64,000 nt of DNA, taken from the NCBI GenBank assembly GCA_023334545.1, contig JAADVB010000003.1, forward strand, positions 1-64,000. Reading direction: 5' to 3'. Origin of the DNA: Salisapilia sapeloensis CBS 127946 (Eukaryota > Protista > Oomycota). The translations under genes and the position numbers were made by a program. Positions 27,069 to 39,478 of the stretch are shown one piece after another. Each line of letters opens with the position of its first letter. The first letter of the stretch is position 1. The notes under the pieces are model-generated. The model saw only the letters and a list, made by a program, of their open reading frames with translations. It was not told the DNA's origin and searched no databases.

Positions 27069-28906
27069 CTACTCTCCATCTACTATCGCCAGCATCAAGT
27101 TCGTGACGGTGAAGGCACCATAGTACAGGATGAGAAATCTGCCATACCAAGGTGGGCAGAAGAACTTGTTCTTCCTCATGACGAGCCATGTCGTGAAGAG
27201 ACCTGTGAGGAGGAAGCCAAGAGCTACGTAAGTGTGTTTATCCAATGCCATCGTAGCAGTGCCAGTACGGATATACGCGATCGTAAGTGGACCTCCAAGT
27301 CCGACGAGAATGTTAAACACTGGTCCACCCAAGCATCCTGCGATTGCCATTTCAGGAAAGCCAGCTCGTGCGACAGATACGTCCGTCACCAAGTCTCCGA
27401 TGGAATTGCCCCAGCTCAAGACTGTTAGCCCGAGGATACTTGTACTAGCATTCGTGATGACTCCAATCGCGACGAGCAATGCCATCAGTTCGGATGCAAA
27501 AGTATAGATCCAACAGACGCAGGAGGTGAATGCAAGAAGTAGAAAGATAGCAGAGTACAACTTGGAGCTTGGTGGACGGCTCCGGTGGGTTGTGAAGGAT
27601 ACCATGGAAGCGAAAAAGGAGGAAACGACTAGTCCAGCGATCCATAGCGGAATATCCAGCACGGAATACATCGTATAACCAGTCGCAAAGAGAACAAGCT
27701 GAGGGACGGTCAAGACAGCAGCAGTCGCGTAGAATCGAGACCACGTGTCTACATCCACGAGCGGGATTGTCACGTCCCGAATAGCAACTGCTGCTGCCTG
27801 AGGCAAAGCCAAGGCTTTCATCGCAATATTCTGGTCATCCGTCAGCACTTGCTTGAGACGCTTTTGGACCTGCCAACGCCATCGTAAGTGACGATAGTAG
27901 GCAGCATCTGCAACGCGAGGTAGTCCACTGGAAGATCGGAGGAATGACGGTCGGAATCGCCTTTGGTTCGAATGATTCTTGTGGACCAAGAGAGGGGCCG
28001 AAAGCTCTTCTTCTGTTTCTTCAAAGTAGTCTTCGTGGACTGCACTTGTAAATTCGGACGATGTCATGTCGTCTGAAAAGTCTACCTTGGAATCGTCCTG
28101 AGAGCTCTCTTCGGGTGCGAAACTATGCCAGAAAGCGGCGAGCATACCGCCATCAGATGGAGAAAATGCACCACTACTGGTGGTTGAGTATTCAGCCGTG
28201 GTGGCTCTTTCCTTAGTCGTGTTTACAGGCATGCACTGAGGAGCGATGACAACGCCTACGTAGAGTACGTAAAAGAATAGAAAGCAGAGCATCTGCCAGC
28301 TCGTGGAAAAGTAGTTTAGCGCTGGTATGAGAGCTAAAGATAAGATCAACGCGATGACGTCTCTAGAGTATGACTGAGCTTGCACGAATGCAGTGCTGAC
28401 GAGTGAAACGCTGCCTACGACGACAGTGGAGACGAACATGGCACCACCGAGTAGTTCATTCGTACCAGTTGTGCCGATACCAGACGAAAACGCTGCAAGG
28501 GAAGAAAAGACATCCGGTGCACCATTGCCAAAAGCGAGGAACGTCACGCCGGCGATGTTATATGGAATATGCAGCTAGAGAGCATGTCAATCAACGCATC
28601 TGATAAAAGTGGTACGAGTGCTATCAAGTACCTTGTCGCTAATACTCGCAAGTGTCGGAGAGAAGTATCCGTCTGCTGTGCTTCCGACTAGAATGCAGCA
28701 CGAGTAAGTAAAGAAAGGTAGAGAAGGAAGAGCATGAATGTCGGACGGAAGAAGAAGACCGCGAGGAGCCACGTAAAGATCACGAGGTACGAGATCGCAG
28801 GGTATCCATCAAAGACGCAATAGTGGACATATAGGTAGTCGATACCGAGTACCCCCGTCGACGGTGTCGCTTCCGATGGATAGCTCGGACAGTATTCGTC
28901 CTGCAT
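27069..28906 (-). CDS. Cation/calcium exchanger (CCX/NCLX-like)
   Basis: Alpha-1 repeat TFLAFGNGAPDVFSS and alpha-2 repeat LGLTVLSWGNSIGDLV...GGPVFN. Confidence 0.93.
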
Positions 28907-28989
28907 CTGATTCCTTTGTATTGTTATTTTTGTTCCAAAGGAAGAATCAGAATATGATTTTAAATCATGAAAGATGTTCTATTTAACTT

Positions 28990-30796
28990 CCTGGATGTGA
29001 ATTTCTATCAATTGCAATTAATCCAAGTCGAAGCATCTTTTTCATACCATTCTTTATCGGACTGGGCGTATTACCAGCACGAATCGGTCGTACTTGAAAA
29101 CACGTAGATTTTCGTCTCTTATTAAAGCGAGGTTTCATTTCCTCTTTGCATGGATATTTCTAGGCGCAAATGTTAATGCTTTTCCGGCACTTCGTTTACT
29201 ACACCTCTCATATACTCAGTAGCGAGACTCTAGGCTGTATTTCATAGTCTTGATTAATGTGGACAGACAAATCACACCTCGTTTCCGACCTCGGACGATC
29301 ATCCACATAACGCAACTGTCGCAAAAAGCTAGAAACTACTTCGTAATAGAAAGCGCTATACTCGTCCTCTTGCGTTTCGATTGATAGTGTAACATGTCTT
29401 CTGCTGTCAAGGGTATCTGGGACTTCAATCAGTAGACTCATGAGACTACTGGCAGTGACGCTTACTGAAGGCAGCATCAGCGACTTTATCATGGGTAACA
29501 TCGCCAACGCCTGCAAGCCAGCGTCTGCTAGATCTACAAACATGACCAGAGGATAGTAATTTTCATCCACAAAGTACAGGCTTTTAATCTGTGGACAATT
29601 CATAACAAGTAGCATGCAGAGTACGTCGTTAAACCATCCAATGTCAAGCTTACCGGATGTCGGGAAGGATTGCTCATCCTCCACATCGATTAGAGGCAGA
29701 TCACCAGACGCATCTATGAAATTCTCTTGATCCTAATAGCAGTCATCAATACTAATTTCAATTTCTCTAAGATTTGGATAAGCCTCGCGTACCAAGTGCA
29801 CGTCTCTAGCATGGTTACCAAAAGAACTTTGTTGAACTGAATTGTCCACAGCCTCGTGATTAAAGTACGATCCCATTGCCGGAGCCACTCAGCGGCTAGT
29901 TTCAAGGGATATGATTTCAGCTTTGGTTACTTGGTCCAGATCTGGAAGAAGAGATCGGAGTAAGGAACGAATGTCCATTCGAATTCACGTAGTTCGGTGC
30001 AAGTGGCACAAAAGCGTTCCCATAGGTCTGAACTAACCTTCCATTGCTCTTGATACATACCAAAACTAGGGTCGTCCACACGACGTGCGTATTCATCTAA
30101 ATACTCTATCTCGGGGTAATACTGGATCACTAGTTCGAGTAACTGCCGAGCCGGATTGTTCGAGCTACTATCATTGTACACCCACATCCAAAGATATTCA
30201 AACTTCTTTCTAATCGTTTGTATACCACGAACAAAATGCATTCTCCAGTGTCCCCATAAATACTGCCTGAGGCTTGCCTTGATTCGAATCGGATTGAAAA
30301 TAGAAACTTTCAAATAGTTAGACATGATCCTCAATATCTGGACAATGGACACCAGTGACTTAGATGTCCCTATTAAAGAAAACACTCCATACGTAAGCTT
30401 TTCCGAGAATTAATTGGTTTAAACCTGGGCAGTATGCGAAATTCATGTGCCAGTCTACCTCTGATTCATCGACCTCATGGTCGTGAGAAACGAGAGTTGA
30501 TCATCTTTAAGCACTAAGAGTAATTCAATTCTCTTGTACATAGCCTCCCATGATGGCCATCTCCCGATACAAATTTTCGAGATAGTTACGATCCATGGAT
30601 TATATTCAGATACGGGACATATGCATTCGAAGGCGTGCCTGAACGTCATGCAAAGCTTCATTCCAGTCTTTTAAACAAAACGGAGATTCATCATTGCTTA
30701 CGATTAAGTATAATGCCACCTGCCATAAGAAAGTATCGATATGTGGTGACTGCGTATTCGGAGATACGAGGGATAAGTCCTAGTTAGATTCTCTAT
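28990..30796 (-). pseudogene. Decayed tandem paralog of the F-box/LRR gene at 31072-32904
   Basis: LWERFCATCTELREFEWTFVPYSDLFFQ and DAGLQALAMLP match the intact copy. The start is mutated (AAAATAGAGAATCTA vs AAAATGGAGAATCTA), with stops and frameshifts. Confidence 0.85.
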
Positions 30797-31071
30797 TTTC
30801 GTGTTTGTGTTTTGGGTTGAGTTTTGAAATTATGTAGCCACATCATTTACTCTTCAACCCTACTTCAAGAAAACAGTGCCAACACAGTAGTAGGCTCCAC
30901 GTTTCTTGAGCAAGGTGCATTTGCATAAGAGATGAGGATGGGTCTCGATGCACATACACTAGTGGAGGCACGAGCTAACCATGTATTGTCTTCAGTGGAA
31001 ACGAGCTTGAACAGGCAGAGATCATCTCAAAGTAAAATGTAGTGAAAAATCGAACATCCTTGTAGTCGATA

Positions 31072-32904
31072 TTACTCCTCAGATGCAAACTCCTCGCACT
31101 TACGATAAAGCCAAATTGGATCATCTCCTCGTTCATACTCCTGTGAGTGATACCAATCGTAGTAAATGGATGGCTTGGCCGTACTTGTATAGACGCCAAT
31201 TTCGAATAACTCTGGATCCGGGTCGTCTCTTCCTCTATTCGAAACGAGTTTTAGACAAAGTAGCGGATGCTTCTTCGATACTTCATTCGCTAACTTTGCC
31301 ACCTCATCAATAGTGAGATCAAAGTCTGCGTCTAAAGGAGTTACTCGACCACTTTTGATGCGCATAGCACACTTGTGCTTTAACCCAGGGGGACAATCCA
31401 TATCACGCAACTGTAGCAAAAACGTCGAAATCACTTCGTAAAAGTCTACTTGGAAATGGCCATGTTTCTCTCCAATCGTCAATGAAACATTTCGTTGGCC
31501 ATGGAAAGTGTCTGGGAATTCAGTTAATAAACTGATGAGTCCATTGGCAGTGACGTTCATAGGAGGTAGATCCAGCATTTTCAGCTTGGGCAAGGTCGCC
31601 AGCGCTTGCAAGCCTGCATCTCCTAAGCCTTCAATAAAGGGACGAGGAATCGAATCAGCCACACGCCAGAAACTTATTTGCTCAAGATGTGGACACTTGC
31701 TCACGACTCGCATGCAAAAGTCGTCGTTAAATAGCTCAACATTAAACATAGGACTTGTCGGGAGGGACCGCCAATCGTCCATCTCGTCCATAAGGAACGA
31801 ATCATCGAACACATCTTCAAAATCCAGTTGACCGTCATTGTAGCCGTACAGCATAACATGTATAGCCTTTAGGTTCGGGCATGCATCGAGTACTAAGCAC
31901 ACATCCTTGGCATGATATCCATAGGGACTCTGTCGAATCGGGTCATCCATATCCATCTGACTAAAGTATGCTTCCCAATCCCAGTTCATCGGAATGGATA
32001 GTGTCAATGAGTTCAATCTTGGCTTAGGATACTTGGCCCAGGTCTGGAAGAAGAGATCGGAGTAAGGAACGACGATCCATTCAAATTCACGTATTTCGGT
32101 GCAAGTGGCACAAAAGCGTTCCCATAGATTTGAACCTATATGCCATTGCTCTTGAAAGTTCATTTCATCCAAGACAGACACATGTTGTGCGTATCCATCT
32201 AGATATTCTATCTCGGGGCAGTACTGGATCACTAATTCCATCAACTCTTTCACTGGACTGTGCATCGTGTTGTCGTTATTCATCATCATACGAAGCTGTT
32301 TTAACCCTCTTTTCCGACCGTTCGTATACCACGATCGAAGTGCGTTCTCTAGGGTCTCCATGAACGCTGTCTGAGGCTTGGCTTGATGCGAATCGGCTTG
32401 TACGTAGGAGCTATCTGTTTGCAAGATAAGAGACTCTATGTCTAGACAGCGAGTACTAGCAGCTTGGAGAACAGAGTTAAAGTCTGGGCTTTGGATAAAA
32501 GACTCCTCCATATCTAGTCGGCAAACGTTTGGACAGTACGTTAGCAACGTGTCCCAGTCTACCTCTGCTTGATCGGCGTCATGGTCGTGGGAAGCAGGAG
32601 TAAATGCTCTTCTCGCATCGAGAGAAACGCAAAGCTCTCTTACATAACTCCCTTTGATGGCTACCTGCCGATACATATCCTGCAGCGAGTTACGATCGAT
32701 TTCATGCGTTTCAACGAGCAGTGTACTCATCACATAGCGTGAATAGATGTCATAAAAAGCTCGATTCCAGCCCTTTGAAACCAATCGACAATTCGTCAAG
32801 TCACGATCATTGATCAAACGAGTTTCAGGATAATAATTTTCCACATAGGAAGTATCTGCATACTCGAAGATGTGCGTGATAACGCCTGGAGGTAGATTCT
32901 CCAT
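31072..32904 (-). CDS. F-box / RNI-like LRR protein (610 aa, intronless)
   Basis: N-terminal LPPGVITHIFEY...CRLVSKGWNRA F-box pattern; LRR-like xCPNLxxLxL repeats (CPNVCRLDM, CPNLKAIHV, CPHLEQISF). Confidence 0.75.
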   Translation of the reverse strand: MENLPPGVITHIFEYADTSYVENYYPETRLINDRDLTNCRLVSKGWNRAFYDIYSRYVMSTLLVETHEIDRNSLQDMYRQVAIKGSYVRELCVSLDARRAFTPASHDHDADQAEVDWDTLLTYCPNVCRLDMEESFIQSPDFNSVLQAASTRCLDIESLILQTDSSYVQADSHQAKPQTAFMETLENALRSWYTNGRKRGLKQLRMMMNNDNTMHSPVKELMELVIQYCPEIEYLDGYAQHVSVLDEMNFQEQWHIGSNLWERFCATCTEIREFEWIVVPYSDLFFQTWAKYPKPRLNSLTLSIPMNWDWEAYFSQMDMDDPIRQSPYGYHAKDVCLVLDACPNLKAIHVMLYGYNDGQLDFEDVFDDSFLMDEMDDWRSLPTSPMFNVELFNDDFCMRVVSKCPHLEQISFWRVADSIPRPFIEGLGDAGLQALATLPKLKMLDLPPMNVTANGLISLLTEFPDTFHGQRNVSLTIGEKHGHFQVDFYEVISTFLLQLRDMDCPPGLKHKCAMRIKSGRVTPLDADFDLTIDEVAKLANEVSKKHPLLCLKLVSNRGRDDPDPELFEIGVYTSTAKPSIYYDWYHSQEYERGDDPIWLYRKCEEFASEE

Positions 32905-33145
32905 TTTCGTGTACGGTTTTCGTGTAATTTCATCAAATAGTCCTCATCATCTGATACTGATCTCGTCAATTATAAATAGATGGCATTGTATAAAGCTATC
33001 TGATTCGACATTTCCTTTGATGAGGAATGAAGACAAGTTAGTAGTAGATGTAGATGCTGGATAAAGATCTTGTTTGTTTGTGTATTGCAAAGGCGTATTA
33101 GTTCTCAGCATCTTGTTGGGATAAATAAGTGAATAGGAAGTGTCA

Positions 33146-33979
33146 TTAAGAGGAGAAGGCATCAATGATACTGTCATCCGTCGGCATCATGTCCAAGTCC
33201 ACTTCAAGCTGATCTAATCCGAGTAATGCATTGTCACCAAAGTATGAAGGGAAAGTATCAAGTGGCATGGTGGATGGGGGAGTCAATGGCTGGGACGGTT
33301 GAGACGGCTGCTTTGGTGGTGGGTGCCACGCCGTCTGGGACGTCGGAGCTGCCGCTTGTTGATGCTGCGGAGGCACGACGATGGAGGCCAAGAGATGTTG
33401 AAAAAGTTGCTGCGTGAGCTGAACTTCACCTCGCAGCATGCTGATCTGCGCTCGCAAATCAACCATGGCTGCACCAAGATCTTCGCCTTCCTCCTCTTCC
33501 TCTTTCGCCGGCGTTTTCGTCGGATACCGGACTTTGAGCGACGGTGAAGGCTGGTGCAGACGACGTAGCAAGTCCGGTCGGCCTCGTACGAAACACCGAT
33601 GACGAAACTCAAGCACTTCTTTTCCACCGCTCTTTCGTCCGGAAGGTGGTAAGGCTAGCTTTCGTTTCTGAAAGCCATGAGCTTTCAATTGCCGAGCAAA
33701 GCAGCTAAAGTTTCGATGCTTAAAGTGAAGTGGAAGGACATTTCGAGCCAAGCCAGAAGGGTCGAAAACGAGGAACGCGTCTCCAGTGGCATTCCAGGCA
33801 GCCAGTGGTGGTGGGCAGGTATTGATGAGGTGATACGTGCGCTCAACGAATGCCCGGCTGGGGGCGTCGGAAGATGAGGCTTTCTGACCGTTCTTCGAGG
33901 CCATATCGTGTAGATTACAATCGGTAGACACGGGGGACACGGAAGGCCGTGCGTCCGACGTCGGACCGGAGGTTTGCAT
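33146..33979 (-). CDS. HSF-type DNA-binding transcription factor
   Basis: FVERTY...WNATGDAFLVFD...VLPLHFKHRNFSCFARQLKAHGF...EFRHRCFVRGRPDLL, followed by a heptad region. Confidence 0.88.
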   Translation of the reverse strand: MQTSGPTSDARPSVSPVSTDCNLHDMASKNGQKASSSDAPSRAFVERTYHLINTCPPPLAAWNATGDAFLVFDPSGLARNVLPLHFKHRNFSCFARQLKAHGFQKRKLALPPSGRKSGGKEVLEFRHRCFVRGRPDLLRRLHQPSPSLKVRYPTKTPAKEEEEEGEDLGAAMVDLRAQISMLRGEVQLTQQLFQHLLASIVVPPQHQQAAAPTSQTAWHPPPKQPSQPSQPLTPPSTMPLDTFPSYFGDNALLGLDQLEVDLDMMPTDDSIIDAFSS

Positions 33980-34282
33980 TCGGTATAAAATTCGGAAGTG
34001 ACTCCCGCTCCTGGCTTTTTGTCCTTCGAGTCGGAGCCTTCATTACATTCGCTATCGACATCCACATGGCATTCCCGAAACCAGTGTGTGGCTTTTCTAT
34101 TGAACCCCAACCAATACGACCAGAGGCGGTAGTACAAGAGAGAGAAGCATCTCTAGTGCTCTTCGATACATCTATTTTCGTTCGTGTCTTTCATTTCGCA
34201 AGTCGAGGTATATAAAAACTACTGGCAAATTCACATTCGAGAAAATTGGGAGAAGCCCACTTTTCTACGAACAACAGATCAA

Positions 34283-35938
34283 ATGGAGCACGCGCAATGG
34301 ATGACAGCGCTCCACGAAGTGGAAGCTTTACGAGCACAGTTTAATCGGTCGGAAGTGGCCGCGGATGTCCAATCTCGACAGCCGAGTCAGCAACGACTAG
34401 CACATCGCCTCATCCAATACCTTCATAATGACCAAGTTCTGGTACGATATGCGGCCAAGAACGCACTTGACACCATATTCTTTGAATTCTCGCCAGGCGC
34501 AGCACAAGACGAATGGATACAGTACGTAGGACCGCGTGCGACTTGTCGAACGTGTAATTTAATCGAGTACGTAGGATGATCGTGAACGAAATGTCCGACG
34601 CGAACCGACTCGTGCTATCCGGTGGTGTCCACTTTCAATTATTGAAAGGGCTCATGCACCCGCGAGAAACCGAGGCGATTTATGCTCCATCGAATGGCTC
34701 AGAGGACCAGGATGGAAATAGCTCTGGCGCACAGAGTGAGTCCATGTCGCCTGATGATAGTAGCAAACAGCCCGTCTACCTTACCACATTATTTCCTCAC
34801 CTTGTATCCTTTTCCAAGGCGGTGAAAAACGTCTTGGCATTGACACCGTCCGAAAGTGTCGATGCTACTTGCTATTGCTCTTTGAAATTCATGGAGGAAC
34901 TAGTCAAGTGCTCTTGCAAAGCAGAAATTGATTTGTTTAAGCGTAGTCAGTTATTCCGACTACTTCTTGACGTAACCAACTCCCTCGCTACGATTGATTA
35001 TTCGAAACGGAATATCTACGTGACGAACGCGATGCTGGAATTCGTGGCACAAAGCTGCTCTCTAAGCGACACCTCACTCTCGTCTACATCCAGCAGCGAC
35101 GAATCGATGAACACGAACGATAGTATGGACGATCAAGATGCTGCGTTGCAAACACAGTGGATCGAATGTGCCATTCAACTACTGCTTCAGCCTTCATGTT
35201 CATCACTGGCGATTCAATCTCTCCATGAGTCTAGTGCGTCGGATGATTTTAGTGCAGTCGCGTTCATCTCGTCGTCCAGCAAGTACCCATTCGTCCAACA
35301 GTGGATGAAAACGTTCTCTTTGCTCTTTGTCAATCTAATCGAAGGATTCAATTCCGACTTGTCGGTCCTCCACTCATCGTCTCTGAGTATCACTAAGCAG
35401 CAAGTACCGAACAGGAATCAAGTCTTGGCAGCATTAAGTGAACAGGACGACGTGATGGTCGATGTACTCGACGCCATGCTCCGAATCTATATGAAAGCGA
35501 AGAAACAGCAGCAGATGCTGACACTCTTCAATGAGTCGATTGTAGGTCAGACGCTACTCGTCGAGTTCCAACCGGACTTGCTCTTCGCTTCCATGGTCCA
35601 GAGCTTGGGAAATGACCATCTCGTCATTCTCGACTGGCTCATTTCGTCTGGTATGCTCTCTCTTGTCACGTCATGTCGATTGTACCTAATGTATGATGGT
35701 AGAAACGACAATGCTGCAGTATTTGATGCACTACCTCCGCTTCTTCCAATCGAATTGGACGGAGAGCTGTCAACTCTTGCAGCAAGCGCAGTTACTAGAT
35801 AGCATCATGACAGTCTTTGTTCGTCTACGTCTGGAGATTGAACGTCTTGTGGATGCGAATATCTTTCCATATGCACCCCACGCCTTGTTGCGTCGATTGC
35901 AACAAGTGGAAGAGCGATATGAAAGCTTAGGACAGTAG
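34283..35938 (+). CDS. Protein Lines homolog (LINES N/C domains)
   Basis: EQDDVMVDVL, LGNDHLVILDWLISS-ETTMLQYLMHYLR, RLRLEIERLVDANIFPYAPHALLRRL; start approximate. Confidence 0.75.
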
Positions 35939-35982
35939 AAAGAATATAAGTTATCGATTTGCAATCTCTTCTTGCCATTACT

Positions 35983-37102
35983 TTATACGTCCTCTCTCCT
36001 GTTCTCGATCAAGACAGGTGACGGCATGCCTCGAGGTGGACGATGGACTTTGCTCTCTAGTTCCTGCTCCATATACTGGAATTGACTTGCTTTCGTCAGG
36101 AGCATTGGTTCTGATCCTACAAGGTGATTATCAAAGCGTGGGAAGAGGAGGAGGAAAGTGTACCTAGTTCTTGCTGTTGTGTGCGAAGGATGGCAGAGTT
36201 GACTTCATCTGCGACTCGATGACGCTCGGATGGCTCTAGTAGATGCTGGAGTGGCGAGTCTGGGAGATCTCGGAAGACTAGCAAAGCAGTCGCGTCTTCC
36301 AATTGCTGTAGCAGATCAGGCTACAGGATGGCAATGTGTTATTCCTTTGGAGGTTTTATGATATTAGAAGCGTTTTACATCTCTTTCAGCTAGAGGAGCG
36401 ACGTTTTCAGAAGCAAAGGAGAGTGCTTCCGCCTCTTTTCCGTCCTTGATGAGCTCAATGAGCTCTTGCTTTGCGAGGAGGAAGCTAAGGTCTCTGTTCT
36501 TCTCGAGCAACTAGGATGTTCGACTTTAGTATCAATAGTCTCATTTGTGGTAAAGTGAGGTGTACGCTTGCATCCATCTCGTTCAGCTTCTCTCTTGCCT
36601 GATGAACACTGCCATCTAGGAGCAGTCGATGGATGTTCATGCGATTCTCCACGGACTTGAGATCCACCGGAGCTGTTGGACAATACGTTCATGTCAAGAG
36701 CACTACAATGTCATAGGATAGAACGCACGTTGGGTGTCCGAATCCAGGCAAAAAGCTTCTGCTACATCCCGATATCCCTTCCCAACAACATAATCCATAA
36801 CCATGCGATTCATCTCCCTACACCATGCACATATTCCTCAGCTAGTCACTCGCTACAACCTATAAAACAACCTACTCTCTTGGAATGCCACAATACGATG
36901 CTTGTGCATCATCACAGAGTGCAGTATTCCTTTCACCACGTCGACGCTTTCGCTCGGGGCTATCAGTCGCTAGACGCGCCGACTCCATCTCGTCTAAAGG
37001 TTTTTCGACACCCTTTAGCTTGTTCTTTGTATGATACCTTCGTGCAACCATACGTCCTTTCACAGTACACGCACCATTATTCTCAAAAGCCGAACGAAAC
37101 AT
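35983..37102 (-). CDS. GID8: GID8/TWA1-like CTLH complex subunit (LisH-CTLH-CRA)
   Basis: VENRMNIHRLLLDGSVHQAREKLNEMD (CTLH) and MEDATALLVF...SPLQHLLEPSERHRVADEVNSAIL (CRA). Confidence 0.75.
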
Positions 37103-37164
37103 CGGAAGACATCATAGTACGAGTCTCGAGCCTTTGTGTGTCTGTGTGTGTCTAGTAAGAAGCA

Positions 37165-39403
37165 ATGCAACACGGAGGTGAGTTCTCGATCTCATTCGCG
37201 AATGGACCTATTACCTTTCGGACGGAAGAAGGCACGTTTTACAATAGGTTGTTTCAAATCGTACGTCTGTTCTTGATGGACTTGGCATCGAGTTTAGTAG
37301 CTTAGTGTGTGCAATATCATGCTAGGTGGATACGGATGAAGATGGGTATATTGGTGGGAAGGAAGGTGCTGAATTCATTCGTCGAGCGAGGCTTCTAAAT
37401 GACGCGAATCGAGAGGTAGGTGAGCAGGTCGAAGCTGTCATGATCGAGCTGATAGCGTAGATAGATATGGCGATTGGCTAGTGGAGGCAAGTCTCAAGGG
37501 AAGCTGAATAAGGACTCGTGGTTTGTCGCCATGAAACTCGTCGCTTTGGTCCAATGCACTGGTCAGTGTCAGATGCAGAGCTTGTATTCAGGTGAAGCGC
37601 TGCCGCTCGCGGACTTTCAGCTGGATCGTCCGCCAGATAATGAACTCCCAGATGACGGATTAACGGCAGAAGAACGCGGATCGTTCGACGTGTCCGTCAG
37701 TACCCCTGTCGTCGTTGGCACAGGATACTCTCGATACACGCAGTACGTCATCAACACAAAGGTAGAGCCATAGTGATAAGGCTGTGGAAGAGTACGCACT
37801 AATCTGGTTGGTACTGTATGTATTAGACGGATTTTCGGCATTTCCCATGTTCCAAAGCTCAGGTCAAACGTCGATTTAGTGACTTTGAGTGGCTACATCA
37901 ACGCCTGCTCATGCATTTCCGAGGCATGTACTTCCTGTCCGACTTTATTTTTTGTAAAAAGATATATAACACAATTGTGTTGGTAGGAACGATCATTCCT
38001 CCACTTCCAGAGAAGCGATGGACAGGGAATATGGACGCTACTTTTGTAGAGGAACGTCGTCAAGCACTAGAGCATTTCATTGTATATTCCCATTTGTCCT
38101 TCCTACCGAAGCACTATCCATAATACTTTATATTGTCGAGTAGAATGAAGTCTGTCGGCATGAAAAGCTCTCGCAGACTTTGGAGCTCCAGATCATGCTG
38201 ACTGCCAGCAATGAGGTACGACTGACTAACGATAAACCACCGATCTATACTCGTCTTATAGCATGCGACAGGGTCTACTCGCTGGGAAAGACATGTTAAA
38301 AATCCGTTCCATCGCTTCGAACTACGTCCCTACGTCCGCGACCGTGTCTTCTTTCTGGAACACCGTTCGTGACGGTGGTCTCTTTGCGTCTTCTGCACAG
38401 CAAGTGGACATCGAAACCGATGACGATTACGAAAAGATTGGAGAGCACATTGATGAGTACAAGAAACACATTACGGAAGTCAAGAGGTGCTCGGACTTGG
38501 TGTATGCTGCGCAACGTGCAGAAGGGTATGAGATGTCTCGTTTTGGCACGTACCTCACTGCGCTTTCGGAGCATGAGCGACAGGACGTGGACATGCGACA
38601 GCTCGCTGGTGCTGCTGGAGACTACTTTGAATCCGTCTCCAATGCCTATCAAGACCAGGTACATTGTATACGACCTAAGGATGGAGTAGTAGCTGATGTT
38701 AGTGCTTCTAGTTGGACAAATTGCTAGCCATGTATGTTTCCATTATCAGGTACCAGGCTGGTAAAGTGGATGCCGTCAAGGTACATCGTTCTTGTCTCCT
38801 TCCTCCTTGTTAATGGTACTGAAGTAGACGTTTGTAGACGGTCATGAGCAATCGTGATTCAGCTATTAGCGAAGTCCAGCAAGCGAATGCATCCATGCAG
38901 CGCAACAAGGAGCGCTTTGCCGCTGCACGCGCCAGTAGTGGAGCTGCTGCGTCTGCCATGCGTGCAGAGCAGAAGATGGCTTCGGTACGTCTTGTTTCTT
39001 ATCTGCAAATGAAAGCACAAGATTTAACACGGTTGATGGTTCTACTAGGCGGAGGATCGGATGAACCATGCGAAAGAACAAGTAGACTTTATAGCGTCGA
39101 GTCTCAAGGTTGAGTCGAAGAGGATGGAAGGAGGAAAAGCCGAGGAGCTCAAGAACGCTCTCTTGTCTCTCGCAAGCATCGAGCGTGACTATCATGCACA
39201 GGTACCTCGATCCTTCTTTATCGATTCATCCATAGATTGAAATGTTTGTGTGGTCCTAGGCGCGTACGACATGGGAAGATTTGATCCCAGCGCTTCAAGT
39301 GTCTGAGGAAGAAGTGGAGGAGAGTCGGCAACGAGCTATGCAGCAAGTACCTCACCGTGCTCCAGGCGAGAAAAGTGGCAATCATATCATTGGTCTGCTG
39401 TAG
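37165..39403 (+). CDS. Sorting nexin with EH-PX-BAR architecture
   Basis: EH: VDTDEDGYIGGKEGAEFI...IWRLA...FVAMKLVALVQ. PX: YTQYVI...KRRFSDFEWLHQRL...IIPPLPEK...ERRQALE. BAR-like helical C-terminus. Many introns. Confidence 0.85.
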
Positions 39404-39478
39404 GTTTGCACAATACAATCGTGGCTTTTAACGAGGATGTCCAAAACAATCATATATTTCCATGCCCACCTCCCCTGG

